From assembly GCA_000004985.1 (NCBI GenBank), contig GG738906.1: a stretch of DNA of 64,000 nt; one strand, 5' to 3'. Positions 1 to 10,644 of the stretch are shown here, piece by piece. A program made the translations under genes and the position numbers. A model generated the notes under the pieces. That model saw nothing but the letters and a program-made list of their open reading frames with translations, made no database searches and was not told the DNA's origin. Within the stretch, counting starts at the first letter, position 1. Every line of letters starts with the position of its first letter. This DNA comes from Naegleria gruberi (lineage: Eukaryota).

Positions 1-116
1 TTATTGAAAATAGCCTGATATAAACAAATAAATGCTTGAATAATCCTATATATATCGGATACATTTAGAAAGGAACAAATTTCAAACCACTCATCTTCCG
101 AAAGTCTTTTAATCAT
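1..116 (-). CDS. 5'-partial gene: N-terminal ~38 aa of a protein (possibly F-box-like) whose remainder lies upstream of the window
   Basis: Minus-strand ATG near 114-116 opens a frame (MIKRLSEDEWFEICSFLNVSDIYRIIQAFICLYQAIFN...) that runs off the window start. The spacing loosely resembles an F-box. No further support. Confidence 0.25.
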   Translation of the reverse strand, partial: MIKRLSEDEWFEICSFLNVSDIYRIIQAFICLYQAIFN

Positions 117-223
117 GATTTTCGATAATAATTTTTTTGATCAAAAAAATCTTTTAATCGAGATCCCTAACAGAATTTAATTCAATTAATTTTATTAATA
201 GAGCATGATAATTATTTAAAAAA

Positions 224-913
224 ATGGGAGCAGATGGCGGAACATTATGTGACCGAAGGGATATCATAGTCAAGACCAAAAAACAAGATAAAAAACCAGA
301 CAAGGAGGCAGTTAATTTTACAATTTGGAATTTATGTCGGTTAACAAAAGAACCCTTACATGATCCGATTGTAATGGACAAAGTTGGATTTTTATACAAT
401 AAGACAAGTCTTTTGGAATGTTTAATTGATAAAAAGAAAAAGAAGAAACATAAGGAAATAATTGGACACATTGGTAAATTGAGTGATATTAATGATGTAA
501 TTTTAGAGAAAAATCCCGATTTCTCTGAAGAGGACAAGGCAGAAACAATGGATAAAACAGCAGTTTCTTTGATTAGAAAATCCAGGTTCATTTGTCCTGT
601 ATTGAGGGAAGAAATTAGAGGACAATTCTCTGTTTATTGTATTTCGAGTTGTGGACATGTAATGAGTGAGAAGGCAATTGGTTTAGCAAAAAAAGATGGA
701 TGTTGCATGCTTTGTGAAAAACCTTTTCAAGAAAGTGACATTATCAAAGTTAATCCTGAATCAACAGCAGCCAAGGAAATTATTGAACAGATTATTTCTG
801 AAAAGTCAAATGAAAAAAAGAGGAAAAAAACTACAAAAGAAGAAACTAACAAAAAATCCAAAACCTCATCCATTGCCAACGAAGAACATATTTGTAAAGA
901 AAGTACTGAATAA
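224..913 (+). CDS. RTF2: Replication termination factor 2 (RTF2/RTFDC1) homolog, single exon
   Basis: Single 229-aa ORF. MGADGGTL...WNLC...PIVMDKVGFLYNKTSLLECLIDKK..RFICPV...C.SSCGHVMSEKAI...C..C follows the RTF2 RING-like pattern from recalled human RTFDC1. Lys-rich C-terminal tail. Confidence 0.7.
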   Translation: MGADGGTLCDRRDIIVKTKKQDKKPDKEAVNFTIWNLCRLTKEPLHDPIVMDKVGFLYNKTSLLECLIDKKKKKKHKEIIGHIGKLSDINDVILEKNPDFSEEDKAETMDKTAVSLIRKSRFICPVLREEIRGQFSVYCISSCGHVMSEKAIGLAKKDGCCMLCEKPFQESDIIKVNPESTAAKEIIEQIISEKSNEKKRKKTTKEETNKKSKTSSIANEEHICKESTE

Positions 914-1012
914 TAAATTGAATAATAATTTTAACACTCATTAAATTCACGTACAAATAATACATGTGAGCTTATCACACAACACAAACATTCCATAAAA
1001 AAACAGAAAAAA

Positions 1013-1617
1013 ATGAGTGAAGAACAAATTCATCACCTTGCTCAATTTTATAAATTCATCAGCAACAATAATAACCAACTGGTCGGAGTTGAAAATAATG
1101 CAACAACAAATGACAATAATTTTATACAATATAATATTGCTATTTTAGATTCAATAGTTCAATCGATCGCCTCGAATTCTAACATGTATCAAGCCTATGA
1201 TTGGAATCAACTGTATTTATACTTGTCATACAAGATTCATCACATAAGACAAATCTATCCTAATAATCAAGAAAATTTTGATAATCTAATGCAATCAATT
1301 GACAGTAATTTACGTAAATTTAATAGGTAGGTGTTTTATTCTAAAATATAGAATTTTAAAATTAATTTCTTCAAAGTAATCCACCCTTCACATTACAACG
1401 TCTTTGTGAATTGTTAATTGAGCCAAATAGACAATATAAAAAGCTTGGACATTTACTTAGCTCAATAGAGAAATGTCTAATTGTAAATTCATACATAACA
1501 GATTTTTCCGAAGAAGCAATGCTACGCACTATGGAACCATCACAAGAAGAAATTATCAATCATAATGCTCAACAAATTCTTGAAGAAGAAGACGATGTAA
1601 CAATGCAAGATGTGTAA
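1013..1617 (+). CDS. PPP4R2: Protein phosphatase 4 regulatory subunit 2 (PPP4R2)-like; 2 exons (~1013..1326, ~1377..1617)
   Basis: ORFs 1013..1330 and 1411..1617 are joined by a ~50-nt GTAGGT...AAAG intron. The second exon encodes PPFTLQRLCELLIEPNRQYKK, matching the PPP4R2 signature PFTIQRLCELLTDPRRNY. Acidic C-terminus. Confidence 0.55.
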
Positions 1618-1633
1618 AATAACATGATTATTT

Positions 1634-3826
1634 TTATTCATCAATCATTTTGTTGTCGAGATTAATTATTTTGAGTTTATCCCTCTCATCCAAGAGCATC
1701 TTGTATCTTTCTTGAAGTTCTTTTTCTTTTTTACATAGAAGGGTTACTTCTTCTTCGAGATGAGCTAGTCTTAATGGCCCAACAGTTCTTTCTTGAGTTT
1801 GGATAAGTTTGAAATTATCTAGCTCTGATTTTGACTTTTTGATTTCTTCACTTATTCTCTTGAAATAGGTAAGCAATAATTCTTGCTTGGTTTTGAAAGT
1901 AGAGAGACCATTCTCGACTTGTTCCATTTCTTGTTTTAAAGTAGAGTAAGGTTTCTCTAGCATGTTTACAATATCTACCTTATTCGAAATAATAGGACTT
2001 TGATAGAGTTTGCGTAATTCCTCAAGCGATAAATTTTGATTTTGTTGATTCAATTCAATAGCCAACTCAATATTTGCCCTCAATAGTAAACTGGAAGGTA
2101 TGCTTAGGTTTTTTTGAGAAAATTCATGGGAAATGTCATTGTTAATCAATTGTTTCATCTCTAGTGAGATCATTTCGCTGGCTATTTTGTTATTTACATC
2201 TAGTTCCTGAGTCATTTCTTTTGATGGCACAAATACAGACATATCTTGACATGGGGTGTGAGGTTTAGGGTAATTTCGTCTTGATACGCTAGTTCTCTGA
2301 ATTAATTCATTTTGTTTTGCAACTAATTTTTCTTTTGATTTAGCCTTTTCATTTTCTCCAGCGTCTTTTTCTAAGGATTTCTTTTTAAATTCGGATTTTT
2401 CTTCATTGTTGGACTGTTTGAAAACCACAAAATCTCCACCAGTTGGTGTTGGAAGTTTGCTAAATCCCTCTTTCAAGCTTTGCTTGTGGAAATTTAAATC
2501 ATCAGTCAACTCTGTTGGAGCATATGATGGAGTATTGATTTGTAATTGATCTCTGAAAGGTGTTTGGTGAATTATTGGTGTTGATTTTACAGATGAACTT
2601 TGAATAGGAGTTGCAGAAATTGGTGTTGGATTTACAAAGATATCACTCTCCTTGGTTCTTGAAAGTTGAATAGGTGTTGGTGTACTTGAAAGTTGTTGCA
2701 ATTCTCTTAATTTTTCTCCTGTATTATCACCTTTGAGAGGTGTTCTAGTTGGTTGAATAAGAGGTGTTGCATTTGGTTTGTAATCTCCCATTAATTGTCT
2801 AGTTGCTTGATTATTTGAAAGAGAAGATGATGGTAAACTATTCATTTTCTTTCCCATTTTCACAATTTGATCCAATTCTTCATCTGTTATTTGAGGTGGT
2901 GGAAGTGATAATTTCACTTTTTTCAAGTTAACTCTTGATTCTGATATTTCATCCACTCTCTTTATAATTTCTGGAAGATTTTTATCCATTAAAATTTGGA
3001 CCTTATCCTTCTTTTTCTTTTCATTATTTTCATTTTGCTCATTTTGAATTTGAGCTAGAGCTTGAACAGAGTTACCTTCAAATGATAATAATGTTGTTTT
3101 CGTATCTTCCTCTGTAGTATCATAGAATCCAGGAGCTGGTTTTTTGTAGAAGGGAATTTCCTTATTATAATCCACAGTTGTAGATTGATTTTTTAACTTT
3201 CTCTTTTTCTTTGTGGATGGAGCAACTGTTAAACCAGCAGCTTTTAATTCTCTTTTCTTTTGCAGAGCAGCAATACGACGACCTTCTTCTAATTGTTTTT
3301 CTCTCAAATGTCGTTTAGCCTTTTTACCCTTTGTATTGGATAAACGAGCTCTAGCTTCATTTAATGTTTCCAATTCATCCTCATCCATATTAATAGGATC
3401 TGGTCTAGCTGCTTTAGTTTCTGGATTCGGATCAATTTCACCAACACGTAATTTTCTTGGATCATCACTCGAAGAGGATGACTCTCCACCTTCTTGTTTT
3501 CTTTGTTCCTCATCCAACATTTGTTCGTAATGTTCCAAACATTGACTTGCTGTTCTTCCTACAATCGGAGCTATTGATTTCCATTGACTTGGCATAATTT
3601 TTGCAAGATGCAATAGTTTTTCCTCCTCTTCTCTTGTCCATTCGGTTTTCTTTATGCTCGGATCAAGCCATTCATACCAACGAGCTTTACATTGTTTAGC
3701 AGATTTTCTATTTAACAATGAAGCCACACGAGCCCATTGGTTTTTACCATACTTCATAACGGCAGCTTTTAAAATTTCATCCTCACTATTTTTCCAAGGA
3801 CCTCCTCTTACAAATTGTTTCGGCAT
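1634..3826 (-). CDS. CDC5L: CDC5L/Cef1 Myb-domain pre-mRNA splicing factor, single exon (730 aa)
   Basis: N-terminus MPKQFVRGGPWKNSEDEILKAAVMKYGKNQWARVASLL..KSAKQCKARWYEWLDPSIKKTEWTREEEEKLLHLAKIMPSQWKSIAPIVGRTASQCLEHYEQ is the canonical CDC5 tandem Myb repeat. Long coiled-coil C-terminus. Confidence 0.9.
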   Translation of the reverse strand: MPKQFVRGGPWKNSEDEILKAAVMKYGKNQWARVASLLNRKSAKQCKARWYEWLDPSIKKTEWTREEEEKLLHLAKIMPSQWKSIAPIVGRTASQCLEHYEQMLDEEQRKQEGGESSSSSDDPRKLRVGEIDPNPETKAARPDPINMDEDELETLNEARARLSNTKGKKAKRHLREKQLEEGRRIAALQKKRELKAAGLTVAPSTKKKRKLKNQSTTVDYNKEIPFYKKPAPGFYDTTEEDTKTTLLSFEGNSVQALAQIQNEQNENNEKKKKDKVQILMDKNLPEIIKRVDEISESRVNLKKVKLSLPPPQITDEELDQIVKMGKKMNSLPSSSLSNNQATRQLMGDYKPNATPLIQPTRTPLKGDNTGEKLRELQQLSSTPTPIQLSRTKESDIFVNPTPISATPIQSSSVKSTPIIHQTPFRDQLQINTPSYAPTELTDDLNFHKQSLKEGFSKLPTPTGGDFVVFKQSNNEEKSEFKKKSLEKDAGENEKAKSKEKLVAKQNELIQRTSVSRRNYPKPHTPCQDMSVFVPSKEMTQELDVNNKIASEMISLEMKQLINNDISHEFSQKNLSIPSSLLLRANIELAIELNQQNQNLSLEELRKLYQSPIISNKVDIVNMLEKPYSTLKQEMEQVENGLSTFKTKQELLLTYFKRISEEIKKSKSELDNFKLIQTQERTVGPLRLAHLEEEVTLLCKKEKELQERYKMLLDERDKLKIINLDNKMIDE

Positions 3827-3998
3827 GATGATCGTCCAATTTTTGTAGAGGGTTTGATTGTATTAATATTTTTTTTATTATTTTTAAAATAGTTTGTTTA
3901 ATTGAACTGGAAGGAATTTTCCTATTAATTTGATAATAAAAGAAATTAAAATATTTGATACAAATTATTTATTACATGGTATTATTCTAGTTTAAAAT

Positions 3999-6093
3999 TT
4001 ACAAATCATCTTCCATAGTAGTTGGTCCATGTAATAATTCAATATCTTTTTCTCTAGAGAGTATTTCCTCTTGTTTCTTCATCAAGAATGAGAAAATGTC
4101 ACTAATTGAAACAATGCCGACAACTCTTGAATATTCATCAACACATACCAATCTGTGAATACGAGTTGTTGACAAGTGTCGTAATACTTTTTCAAATGAT
4201 TCAGCTTTTGTACAAGTAAAGACTGGAATTCTTGGTCTAGTTCTTAAAGCATCTCCCAAAGTCATTTCAAGTCTATAATCACCATCTCTAACAAAGTAGA
4301 CGATATCATATCTTGAAAATACATCAACTACGCATCCATCTTCATTTACAACAGGAATAGCAGAAACCTTATATTTAGCAAACATGCATACAGCTGCAAA
4401 AAGTTGCATTTCCATTTTAGCAGTAACAACATTGGTATATGTACCAATTCCTAAATCTTCTAAACTGTATTGGAAAATTGGAGATTCAAATTTGAGCTAA
4501 TAATAACCTTAATAATCACCAAATTCAAATTTTCATAAAAACCTACATTTTGAACTAGATAGGCAAGAAGATGTGAATGTGTAATAATATGTAATAAAGC
4601 TCCCTTTGGTGACAAAACTGGCAAACGATGGATTGAGTACTTGCTAAGAGTATGAATTGCTGTAAGTAAAGTATCTTCAGGTGTTACAAAAATAAGCTTA
4701 TCAGGTCTTGTACGTTTTTGCATTGCTCTCCATTCTCTAATTGTCTTGTGAGTTACAAGGTCTTGAATAACATCCATTTGATTGTGGAACAATAATAAAA
4801 TATCAATCAAATCGGTAACAGTTAACATTCCGACAAGACAACTCTTTTCACTATCCCAAAGAGAAGCAAATGAAATGTCTAAATAATCAATTTTGAATAC
4901 TATAAATCCTTAATTATTAATAACATACCATTATTAGCAGCAACTTGGAAAGCTTCTCTAACTGGCAGATCAATATCAAAAACTATTACTTTACCAGAAT
5001 AAGGCATTAAATCATAGTTAGTATTTTGTTTGAAAAAATCGAAAATAGGATCCAAAATTTCCTCTTGAATCTGTCCGTTAGAGACTCTTGGTTTTGTTGT
5101 TGGTGATGAACTAATAATAACTCCATCTTCATCACTCATAATTTTAATATTACTTGGTGGTTTTGTAATGGCATGAATACCTCCTTCAGAGAGACTAGAC
5201 TCATCCATGGAAAAGTCATCTTCACTAGTGTTTTTCTTTGGAATGTTCATGATAGTAGAAGATTTAATGTTGTTGATTTTTTGTTGTATTGATGATGTTT
5301 CGGACTTTCCAATAACACTCAAATTATTATTCTTGTTGTTGTATGAGTGGTCTTTAATATTATTATCCAATGACCGTGTAATACTTGGAAGTGAGAGTGA
5401 TCGGGTAGGAGTAAAATATTTTTTTTGTTTCTTTTGGAAATTTGTGCAACCCATCTGTTTGTTGCTGTTTGGAAAATTAGTGGTTGCTGGAGTTTGATTT
5501 GCAGAATTGGAAGCTTTGAATGCAACAGAAATCACTTCATCATTGATTCTTCCCAATTTTTCATACCTTGATTCGAGTTCTTGTTGTCTTGCAGCATAGG
5601 ATGTTGGAGATTGTAATTGGTCATAAACAATTGACTTGTTGTAGAGAGATGAATCAGAGGAAAATGGTGTTTCGAATTGTCCTGTCTCCTTCCTTCCTCC
5701 TGTTTCTTCCATCAGTGATTCATCATCATCAGCTTGAGGGTTTGTAATGAGTTGTTTAAACAGTTGTTTTTCATCTTGTTTTTTGAAAAGCAAATTGTGA
5801 ACTTTAGATAGAATTCTCCTCAATTTCTGATTCTTCTTAATAAAGATATTGTTATGGTCAGTTTGTTTGAATTGAACATTATTGGAATCTCCGTTGTTAT
5901 GGGCTGTTTTAAATTGATGATTTGAATCACTTCCTCCACTTGTTGACTTTCTAAAGAATTTACCAAACAATGAATTTCTTCTTTCTTTGAGTATTTGAGG
6001 AGAGTAGGAGTCTCTCCTCAATTCAACGGTTTTACTTCTTGAATGATTAACATCCAAAGATTTGGTAATTGTTGATTGTGTGGTTGTTTCCAT
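3999..6093 (-). CDS. PRKAG: AMPK/SNF1 gamma (CBS-domain) regulatory subunit with long Ser/Asn-rich N-terminal extension; 3 exons (~6093..4900, ~4849..4547, ~4496..3999)
   Basis: Spliced product reads ...REAFQVAANN-DISFASLWDSEKSCLVGMLTVTDLIDIL...IHRLPVLSPKGALLHIITHSHLLAYLVQN-LKFESPIFQYSLEDLGIGTYTNVVTAKMEMQLFAAVCMFAKYKVSAIPVVNEDGCVVDVFSRYDIV. It aligns along its length with human PRKAG1 CBS1-4. Two 50-nt introns (GTATGT..TTTAG; GTAGGT..TATTAG). Confidence 0.8.
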
Positions 6094-6296
6094 GTTTTTT
6101 TTGCCTGTAATGGTTGAGAAGTTTAATAAATCTTAAAAGTACATTTTCCAAACTGGTTTTAAACTAGGTGTCACTTCGATAATATATGAACTTTGTCATA
6201 TGAACACCTCCAAATTCAAAGTAATTGTTATTTTAATGCATATAATAAATAAATTATAAAATTTCTATTTAATTTTATTTTTGTAAATTAAAAAAA
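6094..6296. promoter_or_regulatory. Putative bidirectional promoter between AMPK-gamma gene (minus) and MRPL15 (plus)
   Basis: ~200 bp AT-rich spacer between divergent ATGs. Confidence 0.3.
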
Positions 6297-7259
6297 ATGA
6301 AACGAGTCATTCAAAATTACCTCGCTGTGGCACCATCCACTTTAAAGAAGGTGCAAACTTCAGGTGTTGCATCATCTCTTCTTCAAAGAATGTCTTTCTG
6401 TACAACTTCTCGCATCATGAATAATGACAATAACACAACAATAACACCTCAACAACAATATGAACGTTTTAGACAAACAATCAAACCTCTCAAAAAGAAG
6501 GAAGCCTACAAACAATTTATCGAAGTTGAAAATACAAAAGTTGAAGATATATCCTTGACGAACTTGAAACTTCCAATGCCACTCAAAAAGAAGAGAAGAG
6601 TTGGTAGAGGTACTGGTTCTGGAAGAGGAAAGACTTGCGGTAGAGGTAGAGGTGGTCTTTACTCTCGTAATGGTATTAATCTTCCTGTTGGTTTTGAAGG
6701 TGGTCAAACTCCATTGTGGCGTCGTGTTCCAAAATATGGTTTCCGTAATGGTAAATTCAAACTCAACTATCAAGAAGTTAACTTGGAACAAATACAATTC
6801 CTCATCGATTCTGGACGTATTGACATTAGTCAAGGTGCCACAATAACTATGAGAACATTGAAGGAAGCAGGATTGATTAAAAATCCAAAGTATCCTGGAA
6901 TTAAATTACTCGCTAAAGGAAAGGAATTTTTACGTTCAAAGATTGATATTGAAGTACCAAGAGCATCTAAGGAAGCTATCAAGGCCATTGAAAGTGTAGG
7001 CGGTTCTGTTCGTTCGATTTACTACAATAAGAAGAGTATTCAAGTAATGTTGAACTTTGAAAAGTTTATCCAACAAAAAGGCCATTTATTATCGGATGAA
7101 GAAAAGAGTAATCCACAATTGATTTATAAGAAATATATGGGTTTACCACCTCCAAAACTTTTGAGTTTCTATATGGAAGAAGCTAATAGGGGATATCTTG
7201 CACCTTTTGCCAAGGCTTCTTCGTTTGAATTTTATAATGACGAACAAAAACAACAATAA
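6297..7259 (+). CDS. MRPL15: Mitochondrial ribosomal protein uL15m (MRPL15), single exon
   Basis: KKKRRVGRGTGSGRGKTCGRGRGG...GFEGGQTPLWRRVPKYGF is the uL15 signature. N-terminal presequence-like region. Confidence 0.85.
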   Translation: MKRVIQNYLAVAPSTLKKVQTSGVASSLLQRMSFCTTSRIMNNDNNTTITPQQQYERFRQTIKPLKKKEAYKQFIEVENTKVEDISLTNLKLPMPLKKKRRVGRGTGSGRGKTCGRGRGGLYSRNGINLPVGFEGGQTPLWRRVPKYGFRNGKFKLNYQEVNLEQIQFLIDSGRIDISQGATITMRTLKEAGLIKNPKYPGIKLLAKGKEFLRSKIDIEVPRASKEAIKAIESVGGSVRSIYYNKKSIQVMLNFEKFIQQKGHLLSDEEKSNPQLIYKKYMGLPPPKLLSFYMEEANRGYLAPFAKASSFEFYNDEQKQQ

Positions 7260-7403
7260 ATGTTAAATAGAATAAATTGTTGGATAAAAACAAATTAAAA
7301 CCTTAATGAAACAAGTTGAATTAATTGTGGATAGATCTGAATTAAATAATTGAAAGAGAATGGGCCAAATAATATTTTTAAAAAATATTTAATTTAAAAA
7401 AAA

Positions 7404-7887
7404 ATGGTTTACACTAGCATTTTGTTCCACAGCGACAGATGGAAGGAATTTGTTCCAGCTGAGATGCACCAAGAAGTAGAATCTAAAATCAGCAGTATGT
7501 ACATCAAGAATAGTATGAAACAATAACATTGTGTTAACGTTTTTATGAATTTAATAATAATTGTTGGAATTTGTGATTAAATTGTTCGGATGATGTATAG
7601 AATTGAAGCCTCTTGTTTCTGAAGAAGAAATGGACAAAAACAATGTTCCTTTGTATTTGAGAGATGCCTGTGTTCACCGTGTTATCCCTCTCAACAATTG
7701 CAGACACGAAAATTATTATAATCCTTTCAAATGTGATGATGAAAGAATTAGATATGAAAGATGCCAATACAAGAGATACATGAAGTGGGTGCAAAAATCA
7801 CAAGACTTATGGCGAAGAGAAGAAAAATTGAGAATTATCAAAGAAAAGTTAGAAAAAGCCAAGATGAACGCTCCAGCTGATGAATAA
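7404..7887 (+). CDS. NDUFB7: NADH dehydrogenase 1 beta subcomplex subunit 7 (NDUFB7/B18, CHCH-fold); 2 exons (~7404..7494, ~7601..7887)
   Basis: Exon 2 encodes LRDACVHRVIPLNNCRHENYYNPFKCDDERIRYERCQYKRYMKWVQKSQDLWRREEKLRI, matching NDUFB7 ([51 protein letters not shown]). Upstream ATG exon is joined by a ~106-nt GTATGT..TATAG intron, inferred. Confidence 0.7.
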
Positions 7888-8064
7888 TGTAGTAATATTC
7901 TAATTCCCTTTTAACCACCATATCTTATCTTCCACAAACTCATCATGACTTTCCGTAATATTAAATCATCATTAGGAAAATAATCATAGGTGAAACACCA
8001 ATTCCTATTTCCAATAATAAAAACTATCTGCCACAAAACATTGGGTATTTTTGAAAGAAGGAAT

Positions 8065-9872
8065 TTACTCTTGTTTTTCATTTAAAGTTGTACCAATCTC
8101 ACCCCTTCTGAACATTGTAAATTGTCTGATGAATGGTTTTTCAAATTTGTAGAGGCAAACAATAAAAAGCATTAAAAACAAACTTCCAACACCTATATGA
8201 ACGAATCTGACAATGCAAAACAGTTTTGTTTTAGAAATATCAAAATAGAGTTCTGTAGCCTTGGTAATAACAAGGCAACTGGAAAGTACTATTAGTACTA
8301 CTTTGGATGGAATGATCTGTTGTAGAATTTCACTTGGTTTCATTCTCAAATTATTCTTGTGTTTCTTAAAGAATAAAACTATAAAATAGGTGCTATAGGA
8401 TATTCTCATTAACATATTAAAACAGTTGGCAATAATCATACTCTTAGTTCCCAAATTGAATAACCACAAACATGTAATACAAACAGACATGTACACAATA
8501 GAGAATAGAATCATAATGTAATTCAGTTTGATAATTTCCTTTCTATCTGAAAGTGCATGAATAAAAGCTTCACTTATTCCATTTAAAGCCATAAAGAAAA
8601 TATAAAAACAGTAAATAGATAATATCTGAGGAGCTTCAGTATTATTGGCCCATTGGTCACCATATAAGAGATAAATGAGAGTGTGAGAGTAAGCAGGTCC
8701 AAAGAAGGCAAATACACAACCAATTAAAATGGATGCTTTCAAAAACAGAATTAAAACTGTGGCGCTTGTTGTAACTGATTCAGTAATTTCGTCATTGGAA
8801 GGTTTCCTTTCAGTACAATTTACAATATTGCTCAATTTACTCCAAATAGAGAAACTGGTTTCTTCCAAATATTGAAATATTAAACGAGCTGCCAAAGATC
8901 CAAGATTAAAGACAATATCATAAACTCCCTGGTCATACTGAGTACGAAATAGAATTAATATATGTTTTTCACCTTCTGTGAGTATGTATTTAATTACGGA
9001 TTGATAGAGAAAACTTTGCGAGAGTTCAAACAAGTTCCAATCCCATGAAATTGTAAATTTTTCCAATAATTTGTTACCATTATTCCATTTAAAATTATAA
9101 ATTAGATATCCAATAAATATTGTCAAACTATAACATATTTGACTATATCCAAAGTAGAGTAAAACATTTTCTGTTTTGCAAATATTTACAATAAAAAAAC
9201 TAGAAATAATCTTGATAAATAAAGCACTAGCTTCTATTGTAACTCTAACACCAAATGCCAATTGAGCAAGAGAAAGAATATACATTGGTTGAGCAAAAAT
9301 TTCAATAAATGTTGCAAAGCTATAAATCAATAATGGAGATATTGTAGAATCTACCTTTGGTAAATAAAATGTTCCCCAAATAAAGTAACAAAAAATCATT
9401 GTCAACAATCCATATGGAATTGACAATAAAGAAATGGTTCTGATTTTCTGATATTGGTTTTCATTATTACTTTCATTCAAATTTGTTCTTAAACAAGCTC
9501 TTCTAAAACATTCTGAGGACAGAAATATTACAGTAGTTGCAAATAGTTCAGATTTAAAGATAAACTATTCAAAGTCATAAAAATTATTAATCTCAAAACT
9601 TACACCCTTAGTTCCTGGATCTAATTGTCTTATTATATATGTATTTGCAACAAATGTTACAATTTTAGAGAGGAAGGACAAAGCTTGATAAATTTTAATA
9701 ATTTGTTAATTTTTCAAAACATACATAATAAGTAGGATAAACCCTTTCCTGCAGATGTTAATGTATCCTGAATATGACTTTTTGTTGGTTGGTTGTTTCC
9801 GATTTGTTTTTCAATCAAGCTCTCTCTTGCTGTACCATCTGTGATTGTATTACTGATGCGTATTTTGGTCAT
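8065..9872 (-). CDS. RFT1: RFT1 homolog (Man5GlcNAc2-PP-dolichol flippase-related, N-glycosylation); 3 exons (~9872..9725, ~9683..9606, ~9512..8065)
   Basis: Multi-TM ORF with [40 protein letters not shown] matching RFT1 ([33 protein letters not shown]). Spliced N-terminus gives ...KECFRRACL, matching human REAFRRACL. Introns of 41 and 93 nt. Confidence 0.75.
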
Positions 9873-10111
9873 TTTTTTTTGATTGATATGAAATATGAAC
9901 AATACACGTTTTTTAACTTCGTGTTTGTAGATATTTTCTTCTTCTTTCCTCTGTTTTATATTATTGAGAACCATCAATTAATTGATGAGAAGAAAATTAT
10001 TAGTTTGGTAAAGGGGAATTAATAGTTGCATTAAATCCGACAATGGAGAGAAAGTGATAGTGGAGTTTCTCTTTCAAAATCACAAACTAGCGAAAAAAAG
10101 CGACAACAACA

Positions 10112-10642
10112 ATGACAAACTGTGGAAATGCACTCATCAGTGGAACAACATCATCTAATCGAACGAAAATTGAAAATTCAAATGGTGGAACGATAAATAC
10201 TACTAACATGACTCAAATTAAAAACCAACATATTTATAATCTATTAAACGACCAAATAGATGAAATTGATATTTTTGAAGCAATAGCAGATATCAGGGAT
10301 CCCGAGCATCCCTACTCTTTAGAGGAATTAAATATTATTAATGAAGATTCAATTCAAATAATTAATGGATCTATTGTGAAAATTAATTTTACACCAACTG
10401 TAAAACATTGTTCATTAGTGTCTCATATTAGTTTATGTATTAGGGAACGTTTAAAAAATAGATTTGGAAAAAAGTTGTTCGTGACAAAGTATAAATTAGA
10501 AATATTTGTATCGGAAGGGTCTCATAATGAAGAACAACAGGTTAATAAACAGATTAATGATAAAGAGAGAGTTACAGCAGCTATGGAAAATCCGTTAATT
10601 ATGGAATTAATAAAGCAATGTATTGGAAATGAAGATGAATAA
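10112..10642 (+). CDS. CIAO2: MIP18/FAM96 (CIA2, DUF59) cytosolic Fe-S assembly component, single exon
   Basis: IRDPEHPYSLEELNII..D..I......I..TPTVKHCSLVSHISLCIRERL matches the DUF59/MIP18 family. Confidence 0.75.
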   Translation: MTNCGNALISGTTSSNRTKIENSNGGTINTTNMTQIKNQHIYNLLNDQIDEIDIFEAIADIRDPEHPYSLEELNIINEDSIQIINGSIVKINFTPTVKHCSLVSHISLCIRERLKNRFGKKLFVTKYKLEIFVSEGSHNEEQQVNKQINDKERVTAAMENPLIMELIKQCIGNEDE

Positions 10643-10644
10643 AT

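Noticed and set aside
154-591. 145-aa minus-strand ORF overlapping RTF2
   Set aside because: Antisense to a well-supported conserved gene. Low-complexity hydrophobic translation, TTG/alt start, no homology signal.
3213-3530. 105-aa plus-strand ORF inside CDC5L
   Set aside because: Antisense of the CDC5L coding region. Ser/Leu-rich composition typical of reverse-frame artefacts.
6372-6846. Overlapping minus/plus ORFs within MRPL15
   Set aside because: Alternative frames of a conserved single-exon gene. No independent support.
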